A stretch of 64,000 nt of DNA from a virus. The stretch lies in IMG/VR virus record IMGVR_UViG_3300035698_017437, positions 32,001-96,000 of that record. The stretch is one strand, 5' to 3'. Shown piece by piece: positions 29,869 through 41,547 of the stretch. The first letter of the stretch is position 1. Each line of letters opens with the position of its first letter. The translations under genes were made by a program, and so were the position numbers. Below the pieces are notes generated by a model. That model did not search any database, was not told where the DNA came from, and saw only the letters and a list, made by a program, of their open reading frames with translations.

Positions 29869-31236
29869 ATGTTTGAAGTTCCAAATAAAGAAAGAGGAAT
29901 CATTGAATGTCTTGAATCTAACGGATATGAGACATATTTGGTGGGAGGAGCTGTAAGGGATTATTTCCTAGGACAGACTCCTCATGATTTTGATATTTCC
30001 ACCAATGCTCGTCCTGAGCAGATTATTGAAATTTTCAAAAAAGAATCCTTTATCACAAATATTGATCTTGTTGGAGAATCTTTTGGAGTTGTTCTTATTG
30101 ATGGAATTGAAGTAGCGACATTCAGAGGGGATCATTATTCAGGTACGGGTTCTCAAAAAGATGTTGAAATCACTTATTGTGATACAATTGAGGAAGACCT
30201 TTCCAGAAGAGATTTCACTGTCAACTCAATGGCTATTGATCTGTCTGGTGATTTGATTGATCCTTTCGGAGGCCAAAGAGATTGTGAAGATATGATTCTT
30301 CGTTTTGTTGGTTCTGCTGATAAGAGAATCAAAGAAGATTCAAACCGAATTCTTCGGGCCTTTCGGTTTTCAGCTAAAGGTTTTAAACTTCAGCTTGATC
30401 TAAAGATCGCAATTGTAAGGAATCTTTCTTCTGTAAAGAATATTGCTCCTGAAAGAATTCGTCTTGAACTCTTAAAAACGATGGAATATGAGAAACCTTC
30501 CATCTTCTTTGAAAATGCTTATAAACTTGGAGTTCTTGAGTATATATTTCCTGAATTATGTCTTTCATGGGAACATGATGGAGGAAATCATCATCCTGAA
30601 TCTGTTTGGGAACATGTTATGATTGCTGGAGATTCGGCTTCTCCTAAGTTTCCATTACAACGCCTTGCCGCTTATCTTCATGACATTGCCAAACCTGAAT
30701 GTTTCAAAAGAAATGATGATAGGACCTTTTCCCGTCACGATGTTGTGGGATATAAGATTCTCCAGAAAAATCTTAAATCACTGAAATTCTCTAATGAAGA
30801 AATTGAAAAAGTTTCTGGTTTGTCTAGAATTCATATGAGACATGGGTTTTATGGTGATGATAAAGGAAGTCATAAAGCTTTTCGTAAAACTCTGAGGGCT
30901 CTTTCTGAATTCGGTGTTTCTTGGAGAGAATTTATCCGATTGAGAATTGCTGATACTAAAGGAAACCTTGGAGTTGAAGATCTTACTTTTACTCAATTGA
31001 GAACCATTATCACTCCTTTTGTAAATGGATTATATGCTGATACTCCATTTACTGCTCATGCTCTGGCATTATCTGGTGGAGATATCAAGGATCTTTTTCA
31101 TTTGGAAGGCAAAGAAATTGGAGAGCTTCAGAAACATTTACTCCATTTGGTTGTTGAGGATGGAGTGGAGAATGCTAGGAACGTTTTGATGGAAGTATCT
31201 TTGGATTTCATCAAGGAATCTAAAGTTCGAGAATAA
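29869..31236 (+). CDS. cca: CCA tRNA nucleotidyltransferase with HD domain
   Basis: LVGGAVRD, DFD, DLSRRDFTVN, ED..RILRAFRF, ERI..EL, LHDIAKP. Confidence 0.93.
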   Translation: MFEVPNKERGIIECLESNGYETYLVGGAVRDYFLGQTPHDFDISTNARPEQIIEIFKKESFITNIDLVGESFGVVLIDGIEVATFRGDHYSGTGSQKDVEITYCDTIEEDLSRRDFTVNSMAIDLSGDLIDPFGGQRDCEDMILRFVGSADKRIKEDSNRILRAFRFSAKGFKLQLDLKIAIVRNLSSVKNIAPERIRLELLKTMEYEKPSIFFENAYKLGVLEYIFPELCLSWEHDGGNHHPESVWEHVMIAGDSASPKFPLQRLAAYLHDIAKPECFKRNDDRTFSRHDVVGYKILQKNLKSLKFSNEEIEKVSGLSRIHMRHGFYGDDKGSHKAFRKTLRALSEFGVSWREFIRLRIADTKGNLGVEDLTFTQLRTIITPFVNGLYADTPFTAHALALSGGDIKDLFHLEGKEIGELQKHLLHLVVEDGVENARNVLMEVSLDFIKESKVRE

Positions 31237-31528
31237 ATTTTATTGGAGAAGAAAAATGATTGAACTTATATTGGTTTTTATGTCTGGTAGTCCCTGGCTA
31301 ACTTTCTGTTTGATTTTTATCTTCTTGTGTAGCATTGACGAGTTATACAAGAAAACTATTAGAGGATTAAATATTAGAAAACATGGATGGCCGCCACTCA
31401 ATTGCGATGCTGATGGAGATTTCAGAGGAGAGGAGTAACTTTATTGAAATAACTATTGACTTCTCATTTATTATATGTTATAATAGTGTATGAGAAGTCA
31501 ATAGTCAATTTAAAATGAGGAGAATCAA

Positions 31529-32410
31529 ATGAGTAATCTATTGAAATCAATGAAGGAAGATATGGTAATATCCCCTCCTGAGTGGATTCCGTCATCTACT
31601 ATATATCTGACCAAGATGGGTAGTCAAGCGTATGGAGTAGCAAATTCAGGCTCTGATATAGATTTATATGGAATTTGTGTTCCACCAAAAGAGATTATTT
31701 TTCCTAACCTGAAAGGTCTTATTTCTGGATTTGATGAGATTCCCTCCTTTAATCAATTCCAACAACATGGAATAAATGGATATAAAGGAAAGGATTATGA
31801 TGTTGTAATTTTCAATATCATAAAATTTTTCAAGTTGACAATGGCAAACAATCCAAATATGCTTGATTCTATTTTTACTCCTGATAATTGTGTTATTCAC
31901 ATGAATGAAGTTGGTAAACATATCAGGGATAATAGAAAACTCTTTCTACATAAAGGGTCTTTCCATAAAATGATTGGATATTCATATAGTCAGTTACATA
32001 AAATGGATATCAAGAAACCAAAAGAATGTTCTAACCGATATGAAGATGTAAAGAAACATGGATATTCTACAAAATTTGCCTATCATATAATTCGTTTATT
32101 GAATGAAGCTGAACAAATTCTTATGTATGGAGATTTAGACCTTCAACAAAATAAAGAACAATTGAAATCTGTAAGACGAGGTGAATGGACCTCAAAAGAT
32201 ATTCATGATTATTTTGATAAGAAAGAAGAGGAGTTGACAAAATTATACATATCTTCTGATGCTGTTCCGCATAAACCAGATACTAAAGCTATCAAATCAT
32301 TACTGATGGATTGTTTAGAAATGTATTATGGTTCTCTTGAAAAAATGATGTCTGTTGATACCGAAAACCTTAATAAATTAGACAAGATTGCTAAAATTCT
32401 TGGTAGATAA
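31529..32410 (+). CDS. Pol-beta-superfamily nucleotidyltransferase (NrdC.11/RlaP-like)
   Basis: GSQAYG..SDIDLYG, NPN, KFAYHIIRL, VRRG. Confidence 0.85.
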   Translation: MSNLLKSMKEDMVISPPEWIPSSTIYLTKMGSQAYGVANSGSDIDLYGICVPPKEIIFPNLKGLISGFDEIPSFNQFQQHGINGYKGKDYDVVIFNIIKFFKLTMANNPNMLDSIFTPDNCVIHMNEVGKHIRDNRKLFLHKGSFHKMIGYSYSQLHKMDIKKPKECSNRYEDVKKHGYSTKFAYHIIRLLNEAEQILMYGDLDLQQNKEQLKSVRRGEWTSKDIHDYFDKKEEELTKLYISSDAVPHKPDTKAIKSLLMDCLEMYYGSLEKMMSVDTENLNKLDKIAKILGR

Positions 32411-32659
32411 ATATCTATATGTCACAAAGTAATATAAAATCCATAAGGAGAATAAAATGAACGAATTCATTGAAGTAAAAAGTATTGAAGTAGCTGAAAC
32501 TATTGATGATACTTCCTTATTGCTGAATAGGCTTGCTGTAAATGCCACATTCATAGGCAGTGCTCTTATAGGAATTTGGTCAAGCCTATGTGTTATTTCA
32601 GCTTTTGGTGCTAATGGAGTAATTCCGGTTATCTTAGGTTTATTTGGAGCAATCGTCTA

Positions 32660-33019
32660 ATGGATATAGGAGAATTTTTCAACAGAAAGGAGTTTTCTTG
32701 TCGAGGAAATATGTGTTGTTCTGGATCAAGTCCTATGAATCAGGATCTTATTGATGGTCTTGATGAGTTACGAAGACGAATAGGAGCAATTTATGTTACC
32801 TCTGGCTTCAGGTGTCTAACTCATAATAGAAATATTGGAAGTAATGATACTAGTCAACATCCTTTAGGAACAGCGAGTGATATATGGAGTAAATATTTGA
32901 CTCCTTCTGAAATAGCTGAAGTTGCTGAAGAGATTCCTATTTTCAAGAATGGTGGCATAGGAATCTATAATGACTTTGTCCATGTAGATGTCAGAAAAAC
33001 TGGCCCAGCTAGATGGTAA
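32660..33019 (+). CDS. Peptidase M15A (candidate endolysin)
   Basis: EFSC, TSGFRC..HN, SQH..GTASD, GIGIY..FVHVDVR. Confidence 0.9.
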   Translation: MDIGEFFNRKEFSCRGNMCCSGSSPMNQDLIDGLDELRRRIGAIYVTSGFRCLTHNRNIGSNDTSQHPLGTASDIWSKYLTPSEIAEVAEEIPIFKNGGIGIYNDFVHVDVRKTGPARW

Positions 33020-33054
33020 AGTTTAGAGGAATCCCAGTCCATTTTATAATATTA

Positions 33055-33062
33055 TATAAATA
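33055..33062 (+). promoter_or_regulatory. T4-type late promoter
   Basis: TATAAATA upstream of 33098 and 33454. Confidence 0.55.
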
Positions 33063-33821
33063 TAGTAAATAATATAATTCTATCATAGGAAACAGTAATG
33101 AAAAAGGCAAAAATGTTGGGAATTCTTTCAGAAGAAAAGGTTGGAGTTGATACAGGTCATGAATTAGCTCTTTCTGTCTTTGATGTCAAGATGGGTAAGA
33201 ATAAGGTATCATATAAATTAGGAATTACTCTGGATGATGAAAATGGCAAAAGACGTATGAAAGGCCCTGGTTGGGATAAAATGGCAAAAAAGATTGCTAA
33301 AGATTTTGGAACAAAACAAGTAGATAAAGATATCCAACAGAATCCTGAAATGGGAGATGTAGCTTGGTTTGAGATTATGGAAGAAGAGAAGTTTGATTCT
33401 CCTTGGCGTTATATCAAATTGAACAATAAGAAAATTCCTCTAGGACAATAAATATGTTGACTTATAAAGCATTTTTGAATGAAGAAACTGGCGATAAAAA
33501 AGAATATCAGAAGTTTTTCAATAAAACTTTGAAAAAATATGGTGTTGATGAACCAGATAAACTATCTAAAGAAGATTCCAAGGAATTCTATAACGAAATT
33601 GATTCTGGTTGGTCAGGAGATAAGGAGTCTGACTGATGCTGACCTGTGGACATGAAGAAATATATAATGCCGAATATGATGCCCATTATTGTGGTATTTG
33701 TAATATTTGGGTAGATGTACAATGTGAGGATCCTCAATGTTGTTATTGTATAGATAGACCTGAAACTCCTCTAGCGGATAAAGATTTAGATACCAAAGAG
33801 GTATTAGATAGAAGATAAGTC

Positions 33822-33890
33822 TTGACTTCTCATTCTATACATGTTATAATAGTGTATACTGAATGAGAAATACCTAATTCAAAATAGAGA
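33822..33890 (+). promoter_or_regulatory. Early promoter cassette
   Basis: TTGACTTCTCATTCTATACATGTTATAATAGTGTATACTGAATGAGAAATACCTAATTCAAAAT. Confidence 0.88.
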
Positions 33891-34708
33891 ACAAAATGAA
33901 ATGTTCAGGTAAATTGTTTATGATTATTTATGAAGTAGAGTTTCCTTGTGAGGGACAGACAAATTTCAAAGAAGAATGGTCAACAGGAATAGATGAGTTT
34001 GATGCCGCTGAAAATCTCAAACGGCGCCTGGGTGAGATTGGAATATGTTCTATTACCCCAATGGGATCAAAATAAAAATTTGAATTAGGAGAATTTGTTA
34101 TGTTGTTAGGTAAAAAAGCAGTAGCTATTTGTGAGGGAATTGCCAAGGAGTGGGATAATTATCATTCTTTGAATACTCTTTGTATTGAAAAAGAGGAAAT
34201 TTCGGCTTCAAATGGACATTCTCTATATTGGGTAGAAAATGATGAAGTTGAATTGGATTATCCAGAAAGAAAAGATTATCAAGATATTCAAGAGTTTCCT
34301 GCTTTTATTCCTGTAGATGTTTTGAAGAGAATTATCCCATCAATTCCAAAGGGAAATCTGGATTGTATCAAAAAAATAAATGTTGAGAAGAATAAAGTCT
34401 CTACAAACAATTTAGATTTTGAAACAACTATAGAATATAGAGATATCTCAGATGTTTCTTTCCCTGACATGGATCCTATAAAAAAATATTATGAAAAACC
34501 TCAGAAAGACCCTGTTGTAGAATTCAATCTCTCGGTTACAGAATTAGAAGTTTTATTGAAAATTGCTAAAAAAGTGAAATCCTCAGGATTAGATATTATC
34601 AAATTCAAAGCATCTGGTCAAAACCATCCCGTTTCTGTTGAAATAGATGTAAACGAACCTGGAGAATTTATAAAAGGTATGATCATGCCTTGTCAATCCT
34701 AAAGGCTT

Positions 34709-34787
34709 AGGATTGCCTGTCCGCTCTGTTCCACATCTGCGATACTGTGATATAAAAATTGTATTATCAGTAAGGACAGGCAATCCT
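34709..34787 (+). repeat. Perfect 14-bp inverted repeat, intergenic
   Basis: AGGATTGCCTGTCC (34709-34722) / GGACAGGCAATCCT (34774-34787). Confidence 0.7.
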
Positions 34788-36186
34788 CCACGTTATACCC
34801 ACGTAAGACTGTAATATTATTATAAGAATAATCCCTAAAAACTTTTGGAGAACAATTATGAAGAAAGAAAATGAAGTATCATCCTCACAAATCTATGGCA
34901 ACATCTGTCAAAAATGTAAATCCCACTCCAATAACCCATCTTTCTGTAAAAGGAAAGAATCTTTCGTCGGCCGTAAACAGGATGCTTGTGACTTATTCAA
35001 GGTGAAAAAGTGAATATAATAGTATGTCCAACCCATGAGGTAAAGATATTCTGTGGAACAAAACCAGGATATGAAAATACATCTTTTACTCAACAATCCA
35101 TTATTTCCCTAGAACTTCAAGACCTTTGTGAAAAATATTGTGATGAAATTGGATTAGGATTGACATTTACCAACACAAAGTTTATTTACACTGATGGAAA
35201 GGAAGAGGGTGTAATTGTTGGATTGATCAATTATCCTAGATTTCCTAAAGCTCCTCTTGAAATTGAAGAAATTGCTTTTGATTTAGGTGAAAAAATGATG
35301 ATCCTTGCTAATCAAGAAAGGATTTCTGTCCTTACTCCAACCACAACTTATATGTTGGAGATATAATGGAAAAAATAATTATGTATTGTCCTTCATGCAA
35401 TTTTATGGAATTAGTTGTAAGATCTATATATGATCCTGAAGATGCTACCATTTTAAAAATGAACTGTGATAGTTGCGAATCTTGTAAAGCAGATGAAGCT
35501 AAAAAGGGCCAATATTATGGTCAGAAAGGAGAAATAAATGGATAAGATGTATTGTTATATTCGGACATCCAATAGATCTTTTGATTTTAGGTTATCAAAA
35601 GATTTAGATATCTTGGGTAAATTTGTTATGAGTGATAAGGTTGAATTGGAAGAAGAAGTAAGTTCTTGGCACGTTCTTGAGTATACTACATGTTTCAACT
35701 CTATATTATTCACTTTTGATAAATTTGGTTGTACTAAACCTGAATTGTTCACTTCTAATAATGTGAAAGGAGATAGGATATTTGAAAAATATTCTCAAGG
35801 AAAAGAAAATAAAGTTATAACTTCAATAGAATCATCAATTTTAGGAGAATAAAATGAAAATGGGCCAACAGTGGGAACGAGTTACCGGAAAAGATCTCCA
35901 CGATAAAACAGATCAAACAAATAAAAATGCCTCAACTCGGGTTTCAGGTAAGTTTATTTCAGCTTGTGAGAAAGCTGGGATTCCAGCAACTCGGAGGCAA
36001 GCTTCTAAATGGAACATGAAAAAGGGGCTTGCTTTTTCGGGATGACAATTTTCTGGTATTTTTATTATAGCCAAACTATCATTGTATTTTATTCTTTGGG
36101 TAGTTTGGCTATAATAACAGTAATAGCTAAAATATTGTATGAAATGTATGTACAGTTTAAGGGCATGTTCTGTAAAGGAGAGAAAA

Positions 36187-37077
36187 ATGAAATATGATTT
36201 GATAGATCCTGAAGTAAATTGGTTGGGACAAGTTCCAAAATTAGGTCCAGATAATTTGCTGGAATGTTTAGAATTCATTGAAGTTGCTGGTAGAATAGCT
36301 TATCAATCTCAAGAAAAGATAAAGTCTGGCTCTGCTGAGAAGTTTTGTAATAAAATGATGTCTCATGATCCTAAACATGGAGCTGTGATTGAACATTCCA
36401 ATATGGTTTGGGAAATTTACGATACCGTAGAAGTCATAGATAAAATCAAAGTTTCTATTTCTGGCTCCTTTCTGAAATTAGAATCATATTTCAATGATAG
36501 TTTAGGAGTATATGTTTATTATCTTGGTGGCAATCTCCGAGCTTGGTATGAATTTCTTGAAGTTGAGGATTTGAAGGATATTTATTCAGCTTCAGAGGAA
36601 TATCTTGAAGGTTTCTGTACATGTATATTTACCATTTGTGTTGATGATGATTTTGTTCCTGAAGGATTGGATGCTCATTCTTGTATATTCACAAATGATA
36701 GAGCATTCACTCATGAATTGGTTCGGCATAGACCTTGCTCTTTTCTTATGGCTTCTCAGAGATATATTCCAAATGATGGAAGAATTAAGGTTATTCGACC
36801 TCCATGGATGGTTTTGAATTCCCTATTAGAAGACAATGGAAAAACAAAAGAACTTTTCCTCAATTCTATATCACGATCCTTTGAATGTTATCATATGTTG
36901 AGAAGTCATAAGATGTCGCCTCAATATGCTAGAGGTGTTCTTCCTAATGCCATCAAAACAGAAATTATTGTAACTTGTGATATTACTGAATGGAAATGGA
37001 TAAAACTTCTTAGAAGTGCCTCTGGAGCTCATCCATCAATGAAGGAAGCATTTAAAGAGTTAGATGATGTAATATAA
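36187..37077 (+). CDS. thyX: FAD-dependent thymidylate synthase
   Basis: HGAVIEH, RAFTHELVRHR..SQRY, ARGVLPN, LR..GAHP. Confidence 0.92.
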   Translation: MKYDLIDPEVNWLGQVPKLGPDNLLECLEFIEVAGRIAYQSQEKIKSGSAEKFCNKMMSHDPKHGAVIEHSNMVWEIYDTVEVIDKIKVSISGSFLKLESYFNDSLGVYVYYLGGNLRAWYEFLEVEDLKDIYSASEEYLEGFCTCIFTICVDDDFVPEGLDAHSCIFTNDRAFTHELVRHRPCSFLMASQRYIPNDGRIKVIRPPWMVLNSLLEDNGKTKELFLNSISRSFECYHMLRSHKMSPQYARGVLPNAIKTEIIVTCDITEWKWIKLLRSASGAHPSMKEAFKELDDVI

Positions 37078-37173
37078 GATCTATAACTATTATGATTCCA
37101 GCCGTTTTAGTGTTGACTTTTCATTTCATATATGCTATAATAGTGTATACAAAAATGAAATGGAGGTTACAAA

Positions 37174-37476
37174 ATGAAAATATTTTTGGATGATGTAAGA
37201 GATTGTCCTGAAGGCTTGATTCTCTGTAGAACTGCTGAGGAAGCCATTGAACTAATCAACTCTGAGGATGTAGAGTATATTTCTTTTGATCATGATTTGG
37301 GTCTTGGGAAAACTGGATATGAGGTAGCTTGTCATATTGAACTTCTTGTTCATCTTGATTTTATGTCTGTTCCTGGGTGGAATATTCATTCTTCTAATCC
37401 TGTTGGCCGTAAGAATATTCAAGAAGCAATGGAATCAGCAGAAAGATTTCAAAGGAGAAATGATGGCATTAGTTAG
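37174..37476 (+). CDS. Cyclic-phosphate-processing receiver-domain protein
   Basis: IFLDDVR, ISFDHDLG, TGYEVA, HSSNPVGR. Confidence 0.8.
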   Translation: MKIFLDDVRDCPEGLILCRTAEEAIELINSEDVEYISFDHDLGLGKTGYEVACHIELLVHLDFMSVPGWNIHSSNPVGRKNIQEAMESAERFQRRNDGIS

Positions 37477-37703
37477 AAATTTCTTTTGTACAGTTTGTTT
37501 AGAAGAGAAAGAGGAAATTATTTCCTCTAAACATCCAAATATATGTATGAATTGTTATAGTGAGGAGTTATCTCTAAAAAGAGTTTGTTATCTTATTGGG
37601 GTAAAATCTATTCCTATTGAAGACAGATTATCAAGAGTAGAAGCCTGGATATATGATCACAAACATAATGTTGATCCAATGAATATTAAATATGGGTGAG
37701 AAA

Positions 37704-38702
37704 ATGAAAATAACAAGAAATTTGGAAGTACCAACAGGAAATATCCTTATTGTTGAAGGCGATAAAGGAAATCTTGAATGTTTATCTATTGGAGATTATG
37801 GTAAAGATCTTAACATTAAAGCTGATTTTTTGGGGATCACTAATGAAATTGAAGGAGTTCCTAATTCTGAAATTATGCCTCTTGAAAAGAAATGGGTAAT
37901 AACTCTTTCTACTCAATATGGTTGTTCAATGAATTGTAAATTTTGTGATGTTCCTAGAGTTGGCCCTGGACGTAATGCTACATTTGATGATCTTGTTGGA
38001 CAAGTTAAAACCGCTATGTCTTTACATCCTGAGGTAAAACGAACAGATAGATTGAATATACATTATGCCCGTATGGGAGAACCTACTTTCAATCCAAATG
38101 TTCTTAGGCATAGCGCATATATGAGTATTCAATCAATCTTAAGGGATTCTTTGATTCATCCTGTGATATCTACAATGTTGCCAAGAAAGAATAAAAAATT
38201 AGAGAGTTTCTTGGAAACATGGACAAGAGACATAAAGAATGGATTCTATAATGGCGATGCGGGACTTCAATTTTCAATCAATAGCACAAATAACAATCAG
38301 AGAAAGGAAATGTTTTCTGGAAATTCCTTATCTTTACAGGATATTTCTAAAATTGGCACAGACTTGATTATGCCAAAGGGAAGAAAATATGCTTTGAATA
38401 TTGCCCTTGCTGATAATTATGAAGTTGATGCTAAAGAAATGAAGAGATTATTTTCACCTGATAAATTTATGGTGAAAATTACTCCTCTTCATGTTACGAA
38501 TTCAAGTTCTGACAATAAAATTGTGACTAGTGGTGGATATACAAATTATACACCATATCAATATGTGGAAAGAGATTTAATTGCTGAAGGTTTTGATGTA
38601 TTAGTGTTTGTCCCATCTATGGACGAAGATGAAAGTAGAATTACTTGTGGTAATGCTATACTCAGCGGATCTCTTCCAACTTGTGAATTTAATGAGCTTT
38701 GA
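37704..38702 (+). CDS. Radical SAM protein, RlmN/Cfr-like
   Basis: STQYGCSMNCKFC, MGEP, C-terminal CG. Confidence 0.8.
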   Translation: MKITRNLEVPTGNILIVEGDKGNLECLSIGDYGKDLNIKADFLGITNEIEGVPNSEIMPLEKKWVITLSTQYGCSMNCKFCDVPRVGPGRNATFDDLVGQVKTAMSLHPEVKRTDRLNIHYARMGEPTFNPNVLRHSAYMSIQSILRDSLIHPVISTMLPRKNKKLESFLETWTRDIKNGFYNGDAGLQFSINSTNNNQRKEMFSGNSLSLQDISKIGTDLIMPKGRKYALNIALADNYEVDAKEMKRLFSPDKFMVKITPLHVTNSSSDNKIVTSGGYTNYTPYQYVERDLIAEGFDVLVFVPSMDEDESRITCGNAILSGSLPTCEFNEL

Positions 38703-38979
38703 AATGAATATTGACAATAAAGAGGGAATTAGAGTTATGAAAAAAATTATTGTTTGTATGTTTTGTCTGTTAGTATTTGTTGGATGTGAAAGAGTCCGAC
38801 CAGAATTGATTTATGAGGCCGAAAAGGCTTGTGAGACTCAAGGGGGATTGAAGTTAGTTAAAATAGCCCTTTTCAATAATGAAGCATTTTGTAATAATGG
38901 TGTTATTATGATTGATTATAAACAAACATATATAGAAGACAGAGAAATAAAAGACTAATCAAAACAAAGGACAAAAGAT

Positions 38980-40683
38980 ATGGACCAACTCCAGAAATAC
39001 ATTCACCTGAGCAAGTATTCCAAGTGGGTAGAAGAATTATTACGACGAGAAACTTGGACAGAAACAGTAGATAGATATATTGATTTCTGGAGAAATAGAT
39101 ATGATCTTTCAAATAATGTCCTAAAAGAAATCCGAAAATCTATATTGAATCTTGAAGTAATGCCTTCCATGAGAGCCTTAATGACCGCAGGCAAAGCTCT
39201 TGAAATTGATAATATGGCTGGTTTCAATTGTACAGCAACAGCAATAAATCACCAAGCTGTCTTTTCTGAAGCTTTTTATATTTTAATGTGTGGATCGGGC
39301 CTGGGATTTTCTGCGGAAAGGCAATACATAAACAAACTTCCTGAAGTAGCTGAAACATTGTATCCATCGGATACAATTATCAATGTAAGAGATTCTAAAA
39401 TAGGTTGGGCTACAGCACTCAAAGAATTGATTTCTTCTCTTTATAATGGAACAATTCCAAAATGGAATCTTGAGAAAATTCGTCCTGCTGGTTCAAGATT
39501 GAAAACCTTTGGGGGTAGGGCATCTGGCCCAGCTCCTCTTGGAAAACTATTCAATCAAGTTGTACAAATATTCAAGGGAGCAACAGGAAGAAAATTGAAT
39601 TCCATTGAATGTCATGATCTGATGTGTTTTATAGCCGATGCTGTAATTGTCGGAGGAGTTAGGAGAAGTTCGTTAATTTCTTTATCAAACTTGACAGATG
39701 ATAGGATGAGAAGAGCAAAGAATGGACAATGGTGGGAGATTAATCCTCAAAGAGCTTTAGCTAATAATTCCGTAGCATACACTGAAAAGCCAGATCTTGC
39801 CGCTTTCTCAAAAGAATGGAGATCTCTATACACATCCAAATCTGGAGAAAGAGGTATATATAATAAAGAACATGCTTATCTAAAATGTGAGGCATTAGGT
39901 AGAACAGAAAATTTCAATGGATCATTTATTCCCAATCCTTGTGCTGAGATATTACTTAGAGACACAGGCGGCGGTTGTAACCTATCTTCTAAAATTATTC
40001 GCCAGAATATCTCATTTCAAGAAATGTTGGATGGATTGAGAATAGCAACTATTATCGGAACACTTCAATCAACTTTGACTGATTTCAGGTTTTTGAGGAA
40101 AGTATGGAAGGATAATTGTGAAGAGGAGCGGCTTTTAGGTGTATCTTTGAATGGAATAATGGATAATAAAATCTTTTCTAATATGGCATCAAGAGAGGAG
40201 TTTGTTGAATTTTCGGGTGATGAATCGCTTGATTGTCTTGCTAAAATCCTTGACCATATGAGAGCTTACTGTAGGACTATAAATGTAAAATGGTCAAAGA
40301 AATTGGGAATAACTCCATCTAAAGCTATAACTACAATAAAGCCAGAAGGCTGTTTGGAAATAGGATCAAAAATACGAACCTCAGAAGGAGCAAAATCCAT
40401 TGAGGATTTTTTCAAGGATTCTGGAATAGATTTACTTTTATTTGAAGGTAGTAAGGATATATGGTTTAAACCCGATATTTCATATAAAGTATACAATCGT
40501 AATAATAAGGAAGTGGATGTGTCAAAATTGTATTATAATGGAATACCTAAAGAAACAGTAAAATTAAATTTTGAGGATGGAACAGAACAAAATGTTACTC
40601 CAGATCACAAGTTTGAGACTATTTCGGGAAAATTTGTGAAGGCTAAAGATCTTACAATGATGGATGATATTAAATCCTTTTAA
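38980..40683 (+). CDS. nrdJ: Class II (B12) ribonucleotide reductase N-extein + 110-aa N-intein
   Basis: RRETW, MPSMRALM, FNC, GGVRRS, NPCAEI, CNL, IKPEG|CLEIGSKI..TPDHKF (Cys1 at 40351). Confidence 0.93.
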   Translation: MDQLQKYIHLSKYSKWVEELLRRETWTETVDRYIDFWRNRYDLSNNVLKEIRKSILNLEVMPSMRALMTAGKALEIDNMAGFNCTATAINHQAVFSEAFYILMCGSGLGFSAERQYINKLPEVAETLYPSDTIINVRDSKIGWATALKELISSLYNGTIPKWNLEKIRPAGSRLKTFGGRASGPAPLGKLFNQVVQIFKGATGRKLNSIECHDLMCFIADAVIVGGVRRSSLISLSNLTDDRMRRAKNGQWWEINPQRALANNSVAYTEKPDLAAFSKEWRSLYTSKSGERGIYNKEHAYLKCEALGRTENFNGSFIPNPCAEILLRDTGGGCNLSSKIIRQNISFQEMLDGLRIATIIGTLQSTLTDFRFLRKVWKDNCEEERLLGVSLNGIMDNKIFSNMASREEFVEFSGDESLDCLAKILDHMRAYCRTINVKWSKKLGITPSKAITTIKPEGCLEIGSKIRTSEGAKSIEDFFKDSGIDLLLFEGSKDIWFKPDISYKVYNRNNKEVDVSKLYYNGIPKETVKLNFEDGTEQNVTPDHKFETISGKFVKAKDLTMMDDIKSF

Positions 40684-40699
40684 ATCCTTAGACCTATAG

Positions 40700-40897
40700 T
40701 TAGAAATCAAATTTCATAAAGAAATACGACAAGGAGATAAATTGAGGTATCTGTTTGTTTTAGATAGGATTAAGAACCATTTAATCATTTGGGAATCGGA
40801 ATACAATAAGGACAGAAACAAATGTTTAGAAGATTTAATAATAACAATAAAGGAAATGAGAAATGAGATTGAGCCAAAATCCAGTAATAGAGAGTAA
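40700..40897 (+). pseudogene. C-terminal remnant of a Vsr-like homing endonuclease
   Basis: Start-less frame EIRQGDKLRYLFVLDRIKNHLIIWESEYNKDRNKCLEDLI in the split-nrdJ gap. Confidence 0.6.
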
Positions 40898-41519
40898 TGG
40901 AATACTTACATTAGACATAGAAACAGACGATACTCATACCTACCAATTGGCTAATGGATGTGTTAGTCATAACACGTCTTCTCTTCTTGTTGCTAGTTCA
41001 TCTGGTATTCATCCAAGAGAATCTTATTGGTATATCCGAAGAGTTCGCCAAGATAAAAAAGATCCTCTATCCATGTTGATGATTGATCAAGGAGTTCCCT
41101 ATGTAGATGATGGAGATAAATATATTTTCACTTTCTATATTGAATCTCCTTCACATTCAATAACTAAAGAGCAAATGGGCGCAATAGATCAATTGGAATT
41201 GTGGAAGATTTATGCTACTCATTGGACGGATCATAATGTTAGCCAGACTATATATTATACAGAAGATGAGTATTTTGCTGTTGCTGATTGGGTATGGAAA
41301 AATTGGGATATCATATGTGGATTGAGTTTCTTTCCATCTTCTGATCATATATATGAAAATGCTCCTTTAGAAACTATTACCAAAGAAGAATATGATAAAG
41401 CAATGGAAACCTATCCAATAATTGATTTTAGTAAATTAGTAAATTTTGAACATGAAGATAATACCAGTACCAATGAATTAGGAGTTGCCTGCACGGGCGG
41501 GACTTGTGAAGTACTCTAA
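40863..41519 (+). CDS. nrdJ: 37-aa C-intein + NrdJ C-extein
   Basis: LDIETDDTHTYQLANGCVSHN|TSSLL..SSGIHP; C-terminal ACTGGTCE. Confidence 0.93.
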   Translation: MRLSQNPVIESNGILTLDIETDDTHTYQLANGCVSHNTSSLLVASSSGIHPRESYWYIRRVRQDKKDPLSMLMIDQGVPYVDDGDKYIFTFYIESPSHSITKEQMGAIDQLELWKIYATHWTDHNVSQTIYYTEDEYFAVADWVWKNWDIICGLSFFPSSDHIYENAPLETITKEEYDKAMETYPIIDFSKLVNFEHEDNTSTNELGVACTGGTCEVL

Positions 41520-41547
41520 CAGATAATAAACCTTAACGGAGAAGTAA

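Noticed and set aside
37704-38702. Radical SAM as maturase for the RiPP-like peptide
   Set aside because: Has RlmN-type MGEP and C-terminal Cys, no RRE or SPASM domain, and lies 16 kb away.
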